Positions 1 through 11,130 of a stretch of 64,000 nt of DNA are shown in pieces. The stretch is from NCBI GenBank assembly GCA_963782055.1, contig CAWAIF010000003.1, positions 832,001-896,000 of the forward strand, in the 5' to 3' direction. The number at the start of each line of letters is the position of its first letter. Positions within the stretch are counted from its first letter, which is position 1. The notes beneath the pieces were generated by a model that made no database searches, was not told where the DNA came from, and saw only the letters and a program-made list of their open reading frames with translations. This stretch comes from an uncultured delta proteobacterium (lineage in GTDB: Bacteria > Myxococcota_A > Polyangia > Polyangiales > Polyangiaceae). The position numbers and the translations under genes are program-made.

Positions 1-1205
1 AAGTTGCCGAAGCAGCCGACGCCGGAGAGCTGCGTGGCGCAGGTGACGCCAGCACCCTTCGCGCCCCCCGTTCCCGTGCCGCCGGCGCCGCCGGCGCCGC
101 CGGTGCCGCCATTGCCGCCGTTGGCGGCGGTGAGCTTGCCGCCGAAGACGGTCACGTGCGCATCCCAGACGTAGAGGGCGATGCTCGCCCCGCCGCCGCG
201 CCCGTAGGTGCCGCCGGTGCCGCCGGCGCCGCCGCAGCCCGCGGTGCCGCTCTTGCCGCAGACCTGCGAGTTCTTGGTCGTGCAGCTCGTCGGGCAGTTG
301 TCGGTCCACCCTGCGCACGTGGCGCACGCACCCGCCTTGCCCGCCGTGCCGTTGGCGCCGACCGCGCCGACGCCGGCGTCGCCGCCGCTGGTCGTGATGT
401 AACCCGTCGACGAGAAGGTGCCCGCCGCGCCGCCGTTGCCCACCGACCCGGTGCTCCCGGTGGCGCCATTGCCCCCCGCGCAGCCCGCGTCCGTCGCGTT
501 CGCTCCCACGGAGCCGCCGGTGCCGTCGTCGCCCTTGCCGCCGGGGCCAACGTCCACCACCACCTGGTCGAGCGTGACGTTCGTGGCCGAGCCGGAGACG
601 AAGACGCCGTACATCGACTCGCTCGGGTCGGCCGCCGGCTTGCTGATGATGTGGAGATTGCGCAGCGTGGCGGACCCGGTGAACGACGCGGTGACCGTCG
701 TGTTGGTGACGCCCTGGATCGTGACGCCGGTGCTGGTGGTGGCGTCGCAGACGGGCGTCCACGTGCCGCCGCTGTCGCTCCAGCCGCCTTCGATCGTCAG
801 GGGTGCATCGAGCGTGATGGACTCCTGGTATGCGGCGCCGCCCGCGGCGTCGGTCGCCGGCGGTGCGGCGACGTACAGGGTCGTCTTGCCGTTCGCCGCC
901 TTCGCCGCCGCGATGGCGTAGGTGATGGACTTGCAGGGGTTCTGCCGCGTGCCGCAGCCGTTCACGTCGGTGCCGCTCCGGGCGACGAAGACTCCTGCCG
1001 TGTCGTCGGCGGTGCGCGCGGCGCAACCGGTGGCGGCGTCGCCGCCGCCCCCGCTGTCCGGCTGCACGTTGGAGCCATCGAGCGAGGCGTCGGGCGGGCT
1101 GGTCGGCGAGTCGCCCACGCACGCCTCCATCGCCGCCATCATGGCGATTCCCGTCCCCATCACCAAGAGTCCCCCGAGAAGCGTGCGGCTGTACCTCATA
1201 CCCAT
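1..1205 (-). CDS. Gly-rich secreted/lipoprotein (myxobacterial PGRS-like, possible DUF1565-type domain), 3' end beyond window
   Basis: Absent from the ORF track because it has no stop in the window. Reading the minus strand from CAT at 1203-1205 gives MGMRYSRTLLGGLLVMGTGIAMMAAMEACVGD (signal peptide plus Cys), then GVFVARSGTDVNGCGTRQNPCKSI and GGNGGTGGAGG repeats. Confidence 0.75.
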   Translation of the reverse strand, partial: MGMRYSRTLLGGLLVMGTGIAMMAAMEACVGDSPTSPPDASLDGSNVQPDSGGGGDAATGCAARTADDTAGVFVARSGTDVNGCGTRQNPCKSITYAIAAAKAANGKTTLYVAAPPATDAAGGAAYQESITLDAPLTIEGGWSDSGGTWTPVCDATTSTGVTIQGVTNTTVTASFTGSATLRNLHIISKPAADPSESMYGVFVSGSATNVTLDQVVVDVGPGGKGDDGTGGSVGANATDAGCAGGNGATGSTGSVGNGGAAGTFSSTGYITTSGGDAGVGAVGANGTAGKAGACATCAGWTDNCPTSCTTKNSQVCGKSGTAGCGGAGGTGGTYGRGGGASIALYVWDAHVTVFGGKLTAANGGNGGTGGAGGAGGTGTGGAKGAGVTCATQLSGVGCFGN

Positions 1206-1306
1206 GAGCTTACACGAGGGCTGGCTCGTGCGAAAACTCACAGTTTGCACCGGACATCCGCATGGCGCGCGGCGACCGCTGGAGGACGGCGGCGACGCGA
1301 AGGTCC

Positions 1307-2134
1307 TCAGGGGCGCGCGATCGGCCTGAGCGCGCCGCTCGGGATCCACGTCTGCGTCGGGCCCCAGCGCACCTCCGTCCACGCCGCGCGGGTGCCCAGC
1401 ACCTCCACGCGCGCCGCCTCCGGCAGCGCCGTCGCGCCGGGGACCGGGATCCCGTGCTCATCGGTGGGACGAGCCTCCGGGACGACGACCACCGCGTCGC
1501 GGAAGTAGAGGCGGTCGGCGCGCGCCGCGCGCGAGAGCGCGGCGAAGATCACGGTGCTCGGCACCGCCGCGAGGATGGTGACGGCCGCCGCCGCGCGCAC
1601 GCGTGAGCTGCGTCCGAGCCAGCGCATGAAGAGGCCCACGCCGACGGCGAGCGACCCGACGAGTGCGAGGTAGGTCCACGCGTCCTCCGGGAGCGCGTGG
1701 GTGAGCGTGCGCCAGGGGGAGTCAGTCTGGTCCATGTCCACCGCCGTGCCCTCGCGCGCCTTGCGCCGCGCGACCTCGGCGCGGACGGCGGCCGCGGCGC
1801 GCATGGCGTTCTCCCGCAGCGTCGGGTCCGCGGCGAGCGCGCTCGCCTCGTCGAAGCCCTGGGCCGCGCGGCCGAGATCCCCCGGCTGCTCGGCGCCCAT
1901 GCGCACGCGCATCGCATAGGCCAGGCCGCGGTCGTAGCTGGCGGATGCGTCGGTCACGCCGCGATCGGCCAGCGCCTCGAAGTTGGCGACGGCGTCCTGC
2001 GGGCGGCTCTGCTCCAGCGCCTTCACGCCCGCCGCGAAGAGGCTCGCCGTCTCGTCCGCGGCCCGCGCCGTCCCGCCCGCGAGGAACAGGAGCGCCATCG
2101 TCATGATCACGGCCACCGCTCCGCGCCGCTTCAT
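1307..2134 (-). CDS. batE: BatE-like TPR / membrane / C-terminal SH3b protein
   Basis: C-terminal part of ORF 1307..3199. Start MKRRGAVAV overlaps the BatD stop (ATGA). It has a signal peptide, TPR-like helices (ASYDRGLAY), two TM helices and an SH3b-like end (ARVEVLGTRAAWTEVRWG..WIP). Last gene of the bat operon. Confidence 0.7.
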   Translation of the reverse strand: MKRRGAVAVIMTMALLFLAGGTARAADETASLFAAGVKALEQSRPQDAVANFEALADRGVTDASASYDRGLAYAMRVRMGAEQPGDLGRAAQGFDEASALAADPTLRENAMRAAAAVRAEVARRKAREGTAVDMDQTDSPWRTLTHALPEDAWTYLALVGSLAVGVGLFMRWLGRSSRVRAAAAVTILAAVPSTVIFAALSRAARADRLYFRDAVVVVPEARPTDEHGIPVPGATALPEAARVEVLGTRAAWTEVRWGPTQTWIPSGALRPIARP

Positions 2135-3996
2135 GCGCGCGACCCCGGGAGCTTGTCGAGCAGCGCCTTGCCGCGCCGGGCGCGGTCGCGCGCGCCATCG
2201 AGCTGACCGCCGTCCGGCGAGAAGCGCGCCGCGGCGCAGCTCTCCAGCACGTCGCGCAGGTCCGCCGCGACGTCCTTGGCCACGCCCGCCTGCGTGAGGA
2301 CGTCCACCATCGACTCGCCCCCGACGCCGCGCACGTTGACCCCCGCCCGGGCGATGGCGCCGGCCTCCACCACGCGCATCGTGGAGCCGTCGATGGCGCG
2401 CGCGTCGGTGCCGCTGAGGTCCTCCTCGAGCGTGCGGATGCGCTCTCGCAGCTCCGTCTCCGGTGACTCGCGGCGGCGGCGCATCCTCTCGCGGAGCCGC
2501 TCCGAGATGCTCTTGCCCGAGACCGCGCCGGCGAAGGCCAGGATCGGCATCCCCAGCAACACCCAGAAGAGGCCGCGGTCGGCGAGGTGGTCCTTCTCCA
2601 CGCGCGTGCCGCCCAGGGTGGTTCGCATCGGCGGGAGGTTGTCGAGGACGCGGGCGGAGCTCTCCGGGGCCGCGCCGACCCCCGGCGTGACGGTGATGCT
2701 GCCGAGCGCGGCGCGCGCGACCTCGTACGACTTCGCGTCCGGGTCGTAATAGGGGAGCGTCATCTCCCCGAGATCGACCTGCCCCTGCTGCGTGGCGTGG
2801 ACGACGTAGTCGAACGTGCGCTTCCCGCCGAGCTTGCCGTCGTTCGAGGTGATGTCGTCCTTCACGTCGGGGTCGAGCCACTCGACGCCCGGCCGGGTGG
2901 GGACGGTGAGCGAGCTCGGCAGATTGCCGGTGCCGGAGAGCACCACGCTCACCGCGACAGCCCCGCCGCGCGGGACGGTGCGCGGGGCCACGCTGGCCGT
3001 CAGCGTGTACTGCCCCACGTCTCCGACCACGTAGCCCGCGGGCCGGCCGGCCATCGGCGGCGCGACGGCGTGCACGTGCAGCGTCTCGCTCAGCCGCTTC
3101 CCGCCGCCCTGCACCATGCTCAGGCGCATCGGGGTGATGGTCAGGTCCCCCGTCTTGAGGGGGAAGAGGGCGTAGCGTCTCACGAGCGCCACGCTCCACA
3201 CGCGCCCCCCCGCCTCGCCGAAGCCCATCTGCTCCACCTTGTTGTCGTCCTTCATGAGCGAGCGGCGAAGGAAGTCGCTGGTGCTCGGCTCGTGCGGGTC
3301 GGTGAAGTCCGGCTGGTTCGCCGAGAGGTCGACGTACAGGTAGACGGAGAGGGTGACCTGCTCGCCCACCACGGCGGTGTCCTTGTCCAGGGTCGCGTGG
3401 AGGAAGGCGACGGTGTCGCGCGCCTTGGAGAGCGCCAGCTTGGGGTCGGTGGGCACCTCCGGCATCTGCGGCTGCTGATCGATCTGGAAGCCGGGGAAGT
3501 TGGGCATGCCGCTCCCCTGGAGCAGATCGCGAAACTGGCTGAAGGGATCGAAGGGGTCCGGCGCGCCGGACTGCCGCCCGTTACCCAGCGTGCCCTTGGC
3601 GACCACCGTGACGTGCAGCTTGTGGGTGGCGTAGCGGACGCCGTCGACCGCCACCGACACCCCCCCGAACTCCAGGCGCCCGGTGGAGGTGGCGTGGAGC
3701 GTCCAGGTGGTGGAGAGGCCCCGCTTCTGGGATATCTGGCCGTTGATCACGGTGAGCTGCTGCGTCGGCATCGAGTTGGTGCCGATCACGGTGAGGCCCG
3801 GCGGGAGCTTGCCGATCTTCGCGTCGGTGGGCATGTCGCCGTCGGACATCGCCTGGAGCGTCACGCTGGTGGTGCCGTCCACCTCGATCCTCGGCGGGTC
3901 CACGGCGACGTTCATGTGCGGGGCCGCGGCGAGGGCGCTCACCCCGAAGAAGACGGTGGCCACGGCCACCAGGACGGCGAGCAGGCGCGCGCTCAC
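2131..3996 (-). CDS. batD: BatD family protein
   Basis: Signal peptide, repeated Ig-like BatD segments (VVGEQVTLSVYLY, ALFPLKTGDLTI, VGDVGQY, SGTGNL, LPYYDP..YE) and a C-terminal TM helix; bat operon context. Confidence 0.85.
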   Translation of the reverse strand: MSARLLAVLVAVATVFFGVSALAAAPHMNVAVDPPRIEVDGTTSVTLQAMSDGDMPTDAKIGKLPPGLTVIGTNSMPTQQLTVINGQISQKRGLSTTWTLHATSTGRLEFGGVSVAVDGVRYATHKLHVTVVAKGTLGNGRQSGAPDPFDPFSQFRDLLQGSGMPNFPGFQIDQQPQMPEVPTDPKLALSKARDTVAFLHATLDKDTAVVGEQVTLSVYLYVDLSANQPDFTDPHEPSTSDFLRRSLMKDDNKVEQMGFGEAGGRVWSVALVRRYALFPLKTGDLTITPMRLSMVQGGGKRLSETLHVHAVAPPMAGRPAGYVVGDVGQYTLTASVAPRTVPRGGAVAVSVVLSGTGNLPSSLTVPTRPGVEWLDPDVKDDITSNDGKLGGKRTFDYVVHATQQGQVDLGEMTLPYYDPDAKSYEVARAALGSITVTPGVGAAPESSARVLDNLPPMRTTLGGTRVEKDHLADRGLFWVLLGMPILAFAGAVSGKSISERLRERMRRRRESPETELRERIRTLEEDLSGTDARAIDGSTMRVVEAGAIARAGVNVRGVGGESMVDVLTQAGVAKDVAADLRDVLESCAAARFSPDGGQLDGARDRARRGKALLDKLPGSRA

Positions 3997-4973
3997 TTGT
4001 CCGCCATCCCGGTGACGCGGCGATGTCGTGCCGCGTGCTTGGCCACCTCGTGCTGGAAGGTGGGCGCGTTCTCCAGCTGCTCCAGGATGCGATCGTCCTC
4101 GCTCTGCGTGCTCGGCGGCGGGGAGCCGGCGTCCGCCTCGTCCGGCTGCGGCGGGGGCTGCCCCGCGTCGGCGCCGCCGTCGTTGCCGCCACCGTCCTGC
4201 CCGCCGTCGTTGCCGCCGCCGCCGCCGTCGCCCGCGTCGCCCGCGTCGTTGCCGCCGCCGCCGTCATTGCCGCCGTCGCTGCCGCCGTCCTGGCCGCCGC
4301 CGTCGCCGGGGCCGCCGTCGCCCGGGCCGCCGTCGTTGCCGCCGTCGCTGCCGGCGTCCTTCTGCTGGTCCTCGATGCGCTCCAGCGCGATGGCTCGGTT
4401 CCACGCCGCGTCGCGGCCGACCGGATCGCCGGCGTCCGCCTGGCCCGGCGCGAGGGCGAGCGCCTTGTCGTAGGCGTCCACCGCTTGCTGGTACTCGCCG
4501 GCGAGAAAATGCAGGTTGCCCTCCAGGTAGCGCGCGCGCGCGCGCAGGTCGATGGGCTGCGACTCGTCCGCAGCGATGGCCTGGACCACGCGCAGGGCGC
4601 AGTCGATCTCGGCGAGGCGCAGCTTGCGCTGCTCCGGGTTGTCTCCGGCGTCGACCTCTTCCTCGCCGAAGCGACGCCCGTACTGCTCGCCGATGCGGAA
4701 GAGCGCGAGGCCCAGGTCGAAGCCTCCGCTGGAGCGCTGGCGGACCGCGTCGGGCACCCCGATGTTGCCGTCCTTGCACTTGCCGGTGGCGAGGTAGTCC
4801 TGGAGCAACGCGGCGGCGGCCGCGGCGTCGCCGCCGTCCCCGAGCTCGCCCATGGCGCGCTTGACCTCCGGCGACTCGCGCTCGAAGGGGCGCGACGGGT
4901 TCCACCCGCACGCGGCGAGCCAGAGCGCGGCGCACCCGCCGAGCGCCACCGAGCGCCAGACGCGCCTACGCAC
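3993..4973 (-). CDS. BatC-like TPR lipoprotein with Asp/Gly low-complexity linker
   Basis: Lipobox-like LAAC, TPR (ARYLEGNLHFLAGEYQQAVDAYDKAL..AAWNRAIAL), DGG-rich linker and a RILEQLE C-terminal motif as in BatC; lies between batB and batD. Confidence 0.7.
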   Translation of the reverse strand: MRRRVWRSVALGGCAALWLAACGWNPSRPFERESPEVKRAMGELGDGGDAAAAAALLQDYLATGKCKDGNIGVPDAVRQRSSGGFDLGLALFRIGEQYGRRFGEEEVDAGDNPEQRKLRLAEIDCALRVVQAIAADESQPIDLRARARYLEGNLHFLAGEYQQAVDAYDKALALAPGQADAGDPVGRDAAWNRAIALERIEDQQKDAGSDGGNDGGPGDGGPGDGGGQDGGSDGGNDGGGGNDAGDAGDGGGGGNDGGQDGGGNDGGADAGQPPPQPDEADAGSPPPSTQSEDDRILEQLENAPTFQHEVAKHAARHRRVTGMADK

Positions 4974-6156
4974 GGCGCGCCTCGGGGGTGGCGGGGTCCT
5001 CTGTCGCCTCGCCGCGCTTCTTCCGGCGCCGGACGAGGTCCACCAGGAGGAAGAAGAGGCTGACGGTGAAGAGAGAGGCGAACACCGCCATGATCACCTT
5101 GCCCGTCGTCCACGGCGCCATCCACGGCGTGTCGAAGATCAGCGCCTCGCTGAGCAGGAGGGCGATGGAGAGCAGCAAGGGTAGCCAGAAGATCTCGCCG
5201 TACACCGTCTCCACGCGCTCGGAGAGCTCCTCGCGCATCATCTTGGAGAGGTGAGAGGAGACCTTGTCGATGCCCGTCTCCCCGTGCTCGCTGCGCACGA
5301 TCATGCCGCCCGTGGTGGTGGCGATCTTGGCGAGCTGCGCCTCGCCGTCGGCGGAGAGCTCGGTCGTCAGCGGCTTGCCGTGCTCGTCCTTGCGGATGCC
5401 GCGGACCCGCCCGTCCGGTCCCACGTCGGGGATCACCTCGGGGGCGCGCCCGCCGATCTGCACCACGTCGATGGTGGTCCCCTCCGCCGCGCACTTCTGC
5501 GCGACGGAGAGCGGGTCGCCCTCCAGGTCCTCGCCGTCGGTGACGAGCAGGATGACCCGCACATGGTCCTTCGTCGTCGGGTCGCGCTCCAGCAGCTCCC
5601 GCGCCCGCTCCAGCGCGCGCGCGGTGGCGGTCCCCCCGACGGGCATGTCGTTCGGCTCGAGCTGCCGGAAGAACTGGGCGATGGCCGCGCCGTCGCTGGT
5701 CAGCGGGAAGCTCATCGGCTCCCCGGCGAACGCGACCGCCCCGAAGCGCGCGCCGGAGAGGTTCTGGATCATCCGGGCGACCTCCGCCTTGGCGCGCGCG
5801 ATGCGGCTCGGCACCACGTCGCGGGCGTACATGCTCTTGGAGTAGTCGAGCACCACCACCACGTCGACGTTGGTCGCCGGAATGAGGCGCGTGCCCTTGC
5901 CGTACTGCGGCCGCGCGAGGGCGAGCAGCGCGGCGGCGAGCGCCAGCACCAGCATCACGCCCTTGACCGCGCGCCGCTGCGTGGCGTCGTAGGAGGTGAG
6001 TCCGGCCACCAGGTCGGCGTCGCCGAAGCGCTTCTCCGCGCGCACCCGCGCGAAGGAGGAGACGACGAACATCGCCGCGAAGCCGACGACGAGCACCGCG
6101 CACGCGACGAAGGCGATCACCCAGGGGAAGGAGAAGAGGTCGTAGGCGAAGCGCAT
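4966..6156 (-). CDS. batB: BatB-like vWA domain membrane protein
   Basis: Start MRFAYDLF overlaps the batA stop. Motifs LARPQYG, VVLDYSKSM (MIDAS), FAG..PLTSD, GGT, LLVTDGED. Confidence 0.85.
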   Translation of the reverse strand: MRFAYDLFSFPWVIAFVACAVLVVGFAAMFVVSSFARVRAEKRFGDADLVAGLTSYDATQRRAVKGVMLVLALAAALLALARPQYGKGTRLIPATNVDVVVVLDYSKSMYARDVVPSRIARAKAEVARMIQNLSGARFGAVAFAGEPMSFPLTSDGAAIAQFFRQLEPNDMPVGGTATARALERARELLERDPTTKDHVRVILLVTDGEDLEGDPLSVAQKCAAEGTTIDVVQIGGRAPEVIPDVGPDGRVRGIRKDEHGKPLTTELSADGEAQLAKIATTTGGMIVRSEHGETGIDKVSSHLSKMMREELSERVETVYGEIFWLPLLLSIALLLSEALIFDTPWMAPWTTGKVIMAVFASLFTVSLFFLLVDLVRRRKKRGEATEDPATPEARRA

Positions 6157-7310
6157 CAGGGGAACCTCCTGAGCAGGAGCGCGCGCAGCGCCGCCTCGAG
6201 GAGGAGGAGCAAGACGGCCGGACCCAGGAGCAGGGGGAAGAGGTCCTCCATCGCCGCCGACTGCGCCAAGAACTTCGTCTTCTCCAGGCTGTCGAGGATG
6301 GAGTGCATGCTCTGCTCGAGGCCCTTCTTGTCGGTCGCGACGAAGGACTCGCCGCCGGTGTCGGCGGCCATCTTCTTGAGCAGCTCGGGGTTGACCGGGA
6401 AGTGCTGGCGCACGTAGCGGGGCTGGCCGAAGAGGTCGACGCCGTCCTGCACCTGCACCTCGTCGCCGTTGCCGATCTGGACGGTGTAGACGCGCACTCC
6501 CTGGGTCTGCGCGAGGTGCGTCGCGTACTCGGGCGAGATGGCCCCGGCGTTGGAGTCGCCGTCGGTCAGCAGGACGATCGCCTTCGACTTGGCGTTGGAG
6601 CGGCGCAGGCGCGCCACGCCGGTGCCCACCGCGTCGCCGATGGCGGTGCCGTTGCCGTCGATGAGGTCGAGCTCCATCTTCTGCACCAGCGTGGTGAGCA
6701 GGGAGTAGTCGAGCGTGGGCGGGGAGAGGACGTACGCCGCCTTGCCGAAGACCACCACGCCGATGCGGTCGGTCTTGCGGCGGCTGATGAAGTCCAGGAT
6801 GACGTCCTTCGCGGTGTCCAGGCGCGTCGGGCGCTTGCCGTTCTCGTGGACGTTCGCCCCGCCCACCGTCGCCGACGCCGGCGCGTCCATCACCGCGCGC
6901 ATGGACCCGGAGAGGTCCAGCACGATGACGATGTCGATGCCGCGCTCCCCCGCCTTCTCGCCGTGGAGCACGTTCTGCGGCTGCGCGAGCGCCATGAACG
7001 CGACCGTGAGCGCCGCGCCGCGGAGCATGCCGGGGAGGTAGCGGAGGCGCGTGCGCCAGCCGCGCGGGCCGCCCGTGAGCCCCGCGAGCGTGGAGAGGAA
7101 GACGCGCGGCGCGCGCCCCTCCCCGCCGACGGTCATCGCGTAGGTGACGATGGGCGGCAACAGCAGCGCGCCGAGCAGCCACCACTTCGCCGTCCACTTC
7201 ACGGCGAGCCACTCGTCGCCGCGGGCGAGGAGCGGGTAGAGCAGCGCGAGGGCGACGAGCACCCACCGCCCGAGCTCCACCAGGATGGCGCGCACCCACG
7301 GGCGGCTCAC
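6156..7310 (-). CDS. batA: BatA-like vWA domain membrane protein
   Basis: Motifs ALAQP, GIDIVIVLDLSGSM (MIDAS), DRIGVVVFG, PPTLDY, GTAIGDA, VLLTDGDSN, VYTVQIG, LKKMAADTGG. Confidence 0.9.
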   Translation of the reverse strand: MSRPWVRAILVELGRWVLVALALLYPLLARGDEWLAVKWTAKWWLLGALLLPPIVTYAMTVGGEGRAPRVFLSTLAGLTGGPRGWRTRLRYLPGMLRGAALTVAFMALAQPQNVLHGEKAGERGIDIVIVLDLSGSMRAVMDAPASATVGGANVHENGKRPTRLDTAKDVILDFISRRKTDRIGVVVFGKAAYVLSPPTLDYSLLTTLVQKMELDLIDGNGTAIGDAVGTGVARLRRSNAKSKAIVLLTDGDSNAGAISPEYATHLAQTQGVRVYTVQIGNGDEVQVQDGVDLFGQPRYVRQHFPVNPELLKKMAADTGGESFVATDKKGLEQSMHSILDSLEKTKFLAQSAAMEDLFPLLLGPAVLLLLLEAALRALLLRRFP

Positions 7311-8503
7311 GCGTCACCTCCGGGGTCGGCGGGCGGTGGCGCCGCGGGCGCGGTCGGCGCGACGGGCGGGGTCGTCGGCGGCTCGGGCGGCGGCACCGTC
7401 GCCGCTCGCGCGGGGGACAGCGGCGGCATGGTGGTGCGCACGATCTTCTCGCCCGTCTCCAGCGCCTTGCGGCAGTCCTCGAGCGAAGGCGTGACGTTGG
7501 CGAACTTCACCAGATCGCACTCGCCGAGGAAGGCGACGATCTCCGGGAGCTGGCCGCCGGTGAGGGCGGAGCGGCGCAGCTCGGCGATCATCTCGTCGGT
7601 CGTCGACTCCAGACCATCGAAGCCGTAGCGCCCGCCGAGGTACTCGCGCAGGGCGTCGTTGACGCGGTCGAAGTAGTCGCCGAAGCGGCCGACGTCGAGC
7701 AGCCCCGCGTGGCGCACCTCGTCCAGCTTCTCCAGGGCGACCTCCCACGGCGGGCGCGGCGGAGGGGGCGGCGGCGCGGGCCGGGGGCGCGTCAGCCAGC
7801 GGCGCAGGATGTACGCGAGGATCGCGCCGGCGAGCAGGCCGACGCCCACCCACGTCGCCGCGCGCTTGAGGGCCGTCCACTCCTCGCGCTGCGGGCGCGG
7901 CGGCGGGTTGGCCTTCGGCTTGGCGTCGGGCGTCTCGGCGGTGGGGTCGTCGATGGTGATGTGGTGCTCGTGGGTGCAGACGGTGGCGACGTCGCCGCTC
8001 GCCCGCGAGACCGAGATGGGCAGCGGCGGCAGGGTGAGCACGTGACGGCCGGGCTTGTCCGGCAGCGCGACGAGCGGGAGCTCCAGGGTCGTCGTCACCT
8101 TCCCCGCCTTCTTCGGGTCGGGGGCGGAGACGGTGAGCCGGGCCCCCGCGCTGCCGTCCTGGTCGGGGAACGCCCAGCCGGAGGTCTTGAGCTGCTTGGC
8201 CACGTCGGAGGTCGATTGCAGGGAGAGGCCCGCGGGCAGGACCGTCTCGCCCTTGCCGTGCAGCACCTTCACGACGAGCGTCGCCGCGTAGCCGCTGCGC
8301 CCCCTGTCGGGGAGCGTGTCGGTGACCTCCGGTCGCTGCGCGCCTTGCGGGATGACCTCCACGCACCCGCCGATGGACGCGCCCTTTGGCGGAGGGGGCG
8401 GCGGCGGGGGAGACGCGGCCGACGGAGACTGCGCGAACGCCGGCGCGGCGGCGCCGGCGCCGAGCGCGAGGACCAACGACAGCAGGCCGCGCGCGCGGGT
8501 CAT
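7307..8503 (-). CDS. bat-operon membrane protein (conserved position between DUF58 and batA)
   Basis: Signal peptide, TM helix and the C-terminal motif PWEVALEKL..LREYLGGRYG..LESTTDEM..CDLVKFA typical of this operon position; 4-bp overlaps on both sides. Confidence 0.75.
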   Translation of the reverse strand: MTRARGLLSLVLALGAGAAAPAFAQSPSAASPPPPPPPPKGASIGGCVEVIPQGAQRPEVTDTLPDRGRSGYAATLVVKVLHGKGETVLPAGLSLQSTSDVAKQLKTSGWAFPDQDGSAGARLTVSAPDPKKAGKVTTTLELPLVALPDKPGRHVLTLPPLPISVSRASGDVATVCTHEHHITIDDPTAETPDAKPKANPPPRPQREEWTALKRAATWVGVGLLAGAILAYILRRWLTRPRPAPPPPPPRPPWEVALEKLDEVRHAGLLDVGRFGDYFDRVNDALREYLGGRYGFDGLESTTDEMIAELRRSALTGGQLPEIVAFLGECDLVKFANVTPSLEDCRKALETGEKIVRTTMPPLSPARAATVPPPEPPTTPPVAPTAPAAPPPADPGGDA

Positions 8504-9438
8504 CGGGTGCGCACCCTCCGGGCGCGCCGGGCGAAGAGATCCTGCAGCGGCTTGACGAACGAGGCGTTGGTGTGGACCTCCACCGCGTCCATGCCCAGCT
8601 TGAGGAAGAGCTGCCGGCGCGCGGCCGCGAGCGCGCGCATGGCGTGGGCATGATGCGCGCGCACGCGCGGATCGCCGGTGTCGACGACGATCGTCGCGCC
8701 GCTCTCCAGGTCCTCGAAGGTGGCCAGGCCCACGTCGGGCAGCTCCATGTCGCGCGGATCGACGAGCACCACCGGGATGACGTCGTGCTTGGCCGCGGCG
8801 AGCGCCAGCGCGCGCTCGTAGCCCTGCGCGAAGAAGTCGCTGATGACGAAGGCGATGCTGCGGCGGCGCGCGACGCCCACCAGCGCCTCCAGCGCGCCCT
8901 TGAGGTCGGTCGCGGGGCCGAGCGGGTTCATCGCCGCCTTGGCGTGGACCTCCTCGCGGGCGTGAGTGCCGATGTTCGGATCGAAGCCGAGGATCTCCCG
9001 CACGACGCGCATGACGTGCTTCTCGCCCTTCTTCGGCGGCACGAGGCGCTCCACCTTGTGGGTGGCGAGGATCATCCCGACCCGGTCGTTGTTGCGGATG
9101 GCGCTGAAGGCCAGCAGCGCAGCCACCTCCGAGGCGACGCGCACCTTGGGGGCGCGGCGCGTGCCGAAGCGCTCGCTGGGGGAGAGGTCGACGACCAGCA
9201 TGACGGTCATCTCCCGCTCCTCGACGAACACCTTGACGAAGGTGTCGTTCATGCGGGCGGAGACGTTCCAGTCGATGCTGCGCACGTCGTCGCCGGGCTG
9301 GTAAGGGCGCACCTCCCGGAAGGCGAGGCCCTGGCCCTTGAAGCTCGAGGTGTAGGTGCCCGAGAGGTTCTCCGTCGCGAGGCGCGCGGTGTGAATCTCG
9401 ATGGTGCGCAGGGCGGCGAGGAGCTCCTTCGGGATCAT
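8500..9438 (-). CDS. DUF58 domain protein (MoxR-associated)
   Basis: FKGQGLAFREVRPYQPGDDVRSIDWNVSAR, VKVFVEERE, VDLSPS, DRVG, FVISDF. Confidence 0.93.
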   Translation of the reverse strand: MIPKELLAALRTIEIHTARLATENLSGTYTSSFKGQGLAFREVRPYQPGDDVRSIDWNVSARMNDTFVKVFVEEREMTVMLVVDLSPSERFGTRRAPKVRVASEVAALLAFSAIRNNDRVGMILATHKVERLVPPKKGEKHVMRVVREILGFDPNIGTHAREEVHAKAAMNPLGPATDLKGALEALVGVARRRSIAFVISDFFAQGYERALALAAAKHDVIPVVLVDPRDMELPDVGLATFEDLESGATIVVDTGDPRVRAHHAHAMRALAAARRQLFLKLGMDAVEVHTNASFVKPLQDLFARRARRVRTR

Positions 9439-9587
9439 CGAGGACGGCAGACCTTGGGGGGTGGGCGCGCGGGCGCTCTTGAACCCGGCCCGGGTAGACA
9501 GCCGGACGCTGGAAACTATTCCGCTTCGGGGCCCGGAGGATAGGCCAAAAGCCGGGCCGAGGCCCGGGGGCGTGCTAGGTGCAGCGC

Positions 9588-9986
9588 ATGAAGCAGTCGG
9601 CAGGGCTGTTGCTGTACACCGGGGTGGGGGAGGGGCGCCGGGTGCTGCTGGTTCACGCCTCCGGCGCGTACAACCGCGCCTCGCCGTACTCCATCCCCAA
9701 GGGTGAGCCGGAGGGGGACGAGCCGCTGGAGGCCGCCGCCCGCCGCGAGACGATGGAAGAGGTGGGGGTCGAGGTGAAGGGGCCGCTCGTCTCGCTGGGG
9801 CACGCCGACTACCAGAAGACGCGCAAGCGCGTGCACGCGTGGGCCGCGCCGCTGCCCGAGGGGGCGACGCCGCGGTGCGCGTCGTGGGAGATCGACAGGG
9901 CGGAGCTGGTGACGATGGCCCGCGCCCGCGAGCTCCTCCACCCCGACCTGCGCGTCTTCCTGGACGGCCTCACCGCGCTCCCCTGA
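9588..9986 (+). CDS. NUDIX hydrolase
   Basis: MKQSAGLLLY..LLVH..YSIPKGEPEGDEPLEAAARRETMEEVG contains the Nudix box; WEIDRA near the C-terminus. Confidence 0.88.
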   Translation: MKQSAGLLLYTGVGEGRRVLLVHASGAYNRASPYSIPKGEPEGDEPLEAAARRETMEEVGVEVKGPLVSLGHADYQKTRKRVHAWAAPLPEGATPRCASWEIDRAELVTMARARELLHPDLRVFLDGLTALP

Positions 9987-10008
9987 TGGGCGGCCGCCGC
10001 CATCCTCA

Positions 10009-10995
<987 letters not shown>

Positions 10996-11130
10996 GGCGG
11001 GCCATTTAGCACACATCCCGCCCGGTCCATTCCCGTGCCCGCGCCGTGCCGTGCCGGCGGCGTGCTTCGCCGGGAGCTGGTGCGTCGGGTGCCCCTGCGA
11101 GGGCACGCGCACGGGGCACTCCGCGTCACT

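Noticed and set aside
1..1205. Mycobacterial PE_PGRS gene or transfer from Actinobacteria
   Set aside because: No PE domain; it has a lipoprotein-type signal, and the similarity is only Gly-rich low complexity.
4180..4360. GCCGCCGTC-type repeats as a non-coding repeat element
   Set aside because: They encode the DGG linker of the BatC-like protein.
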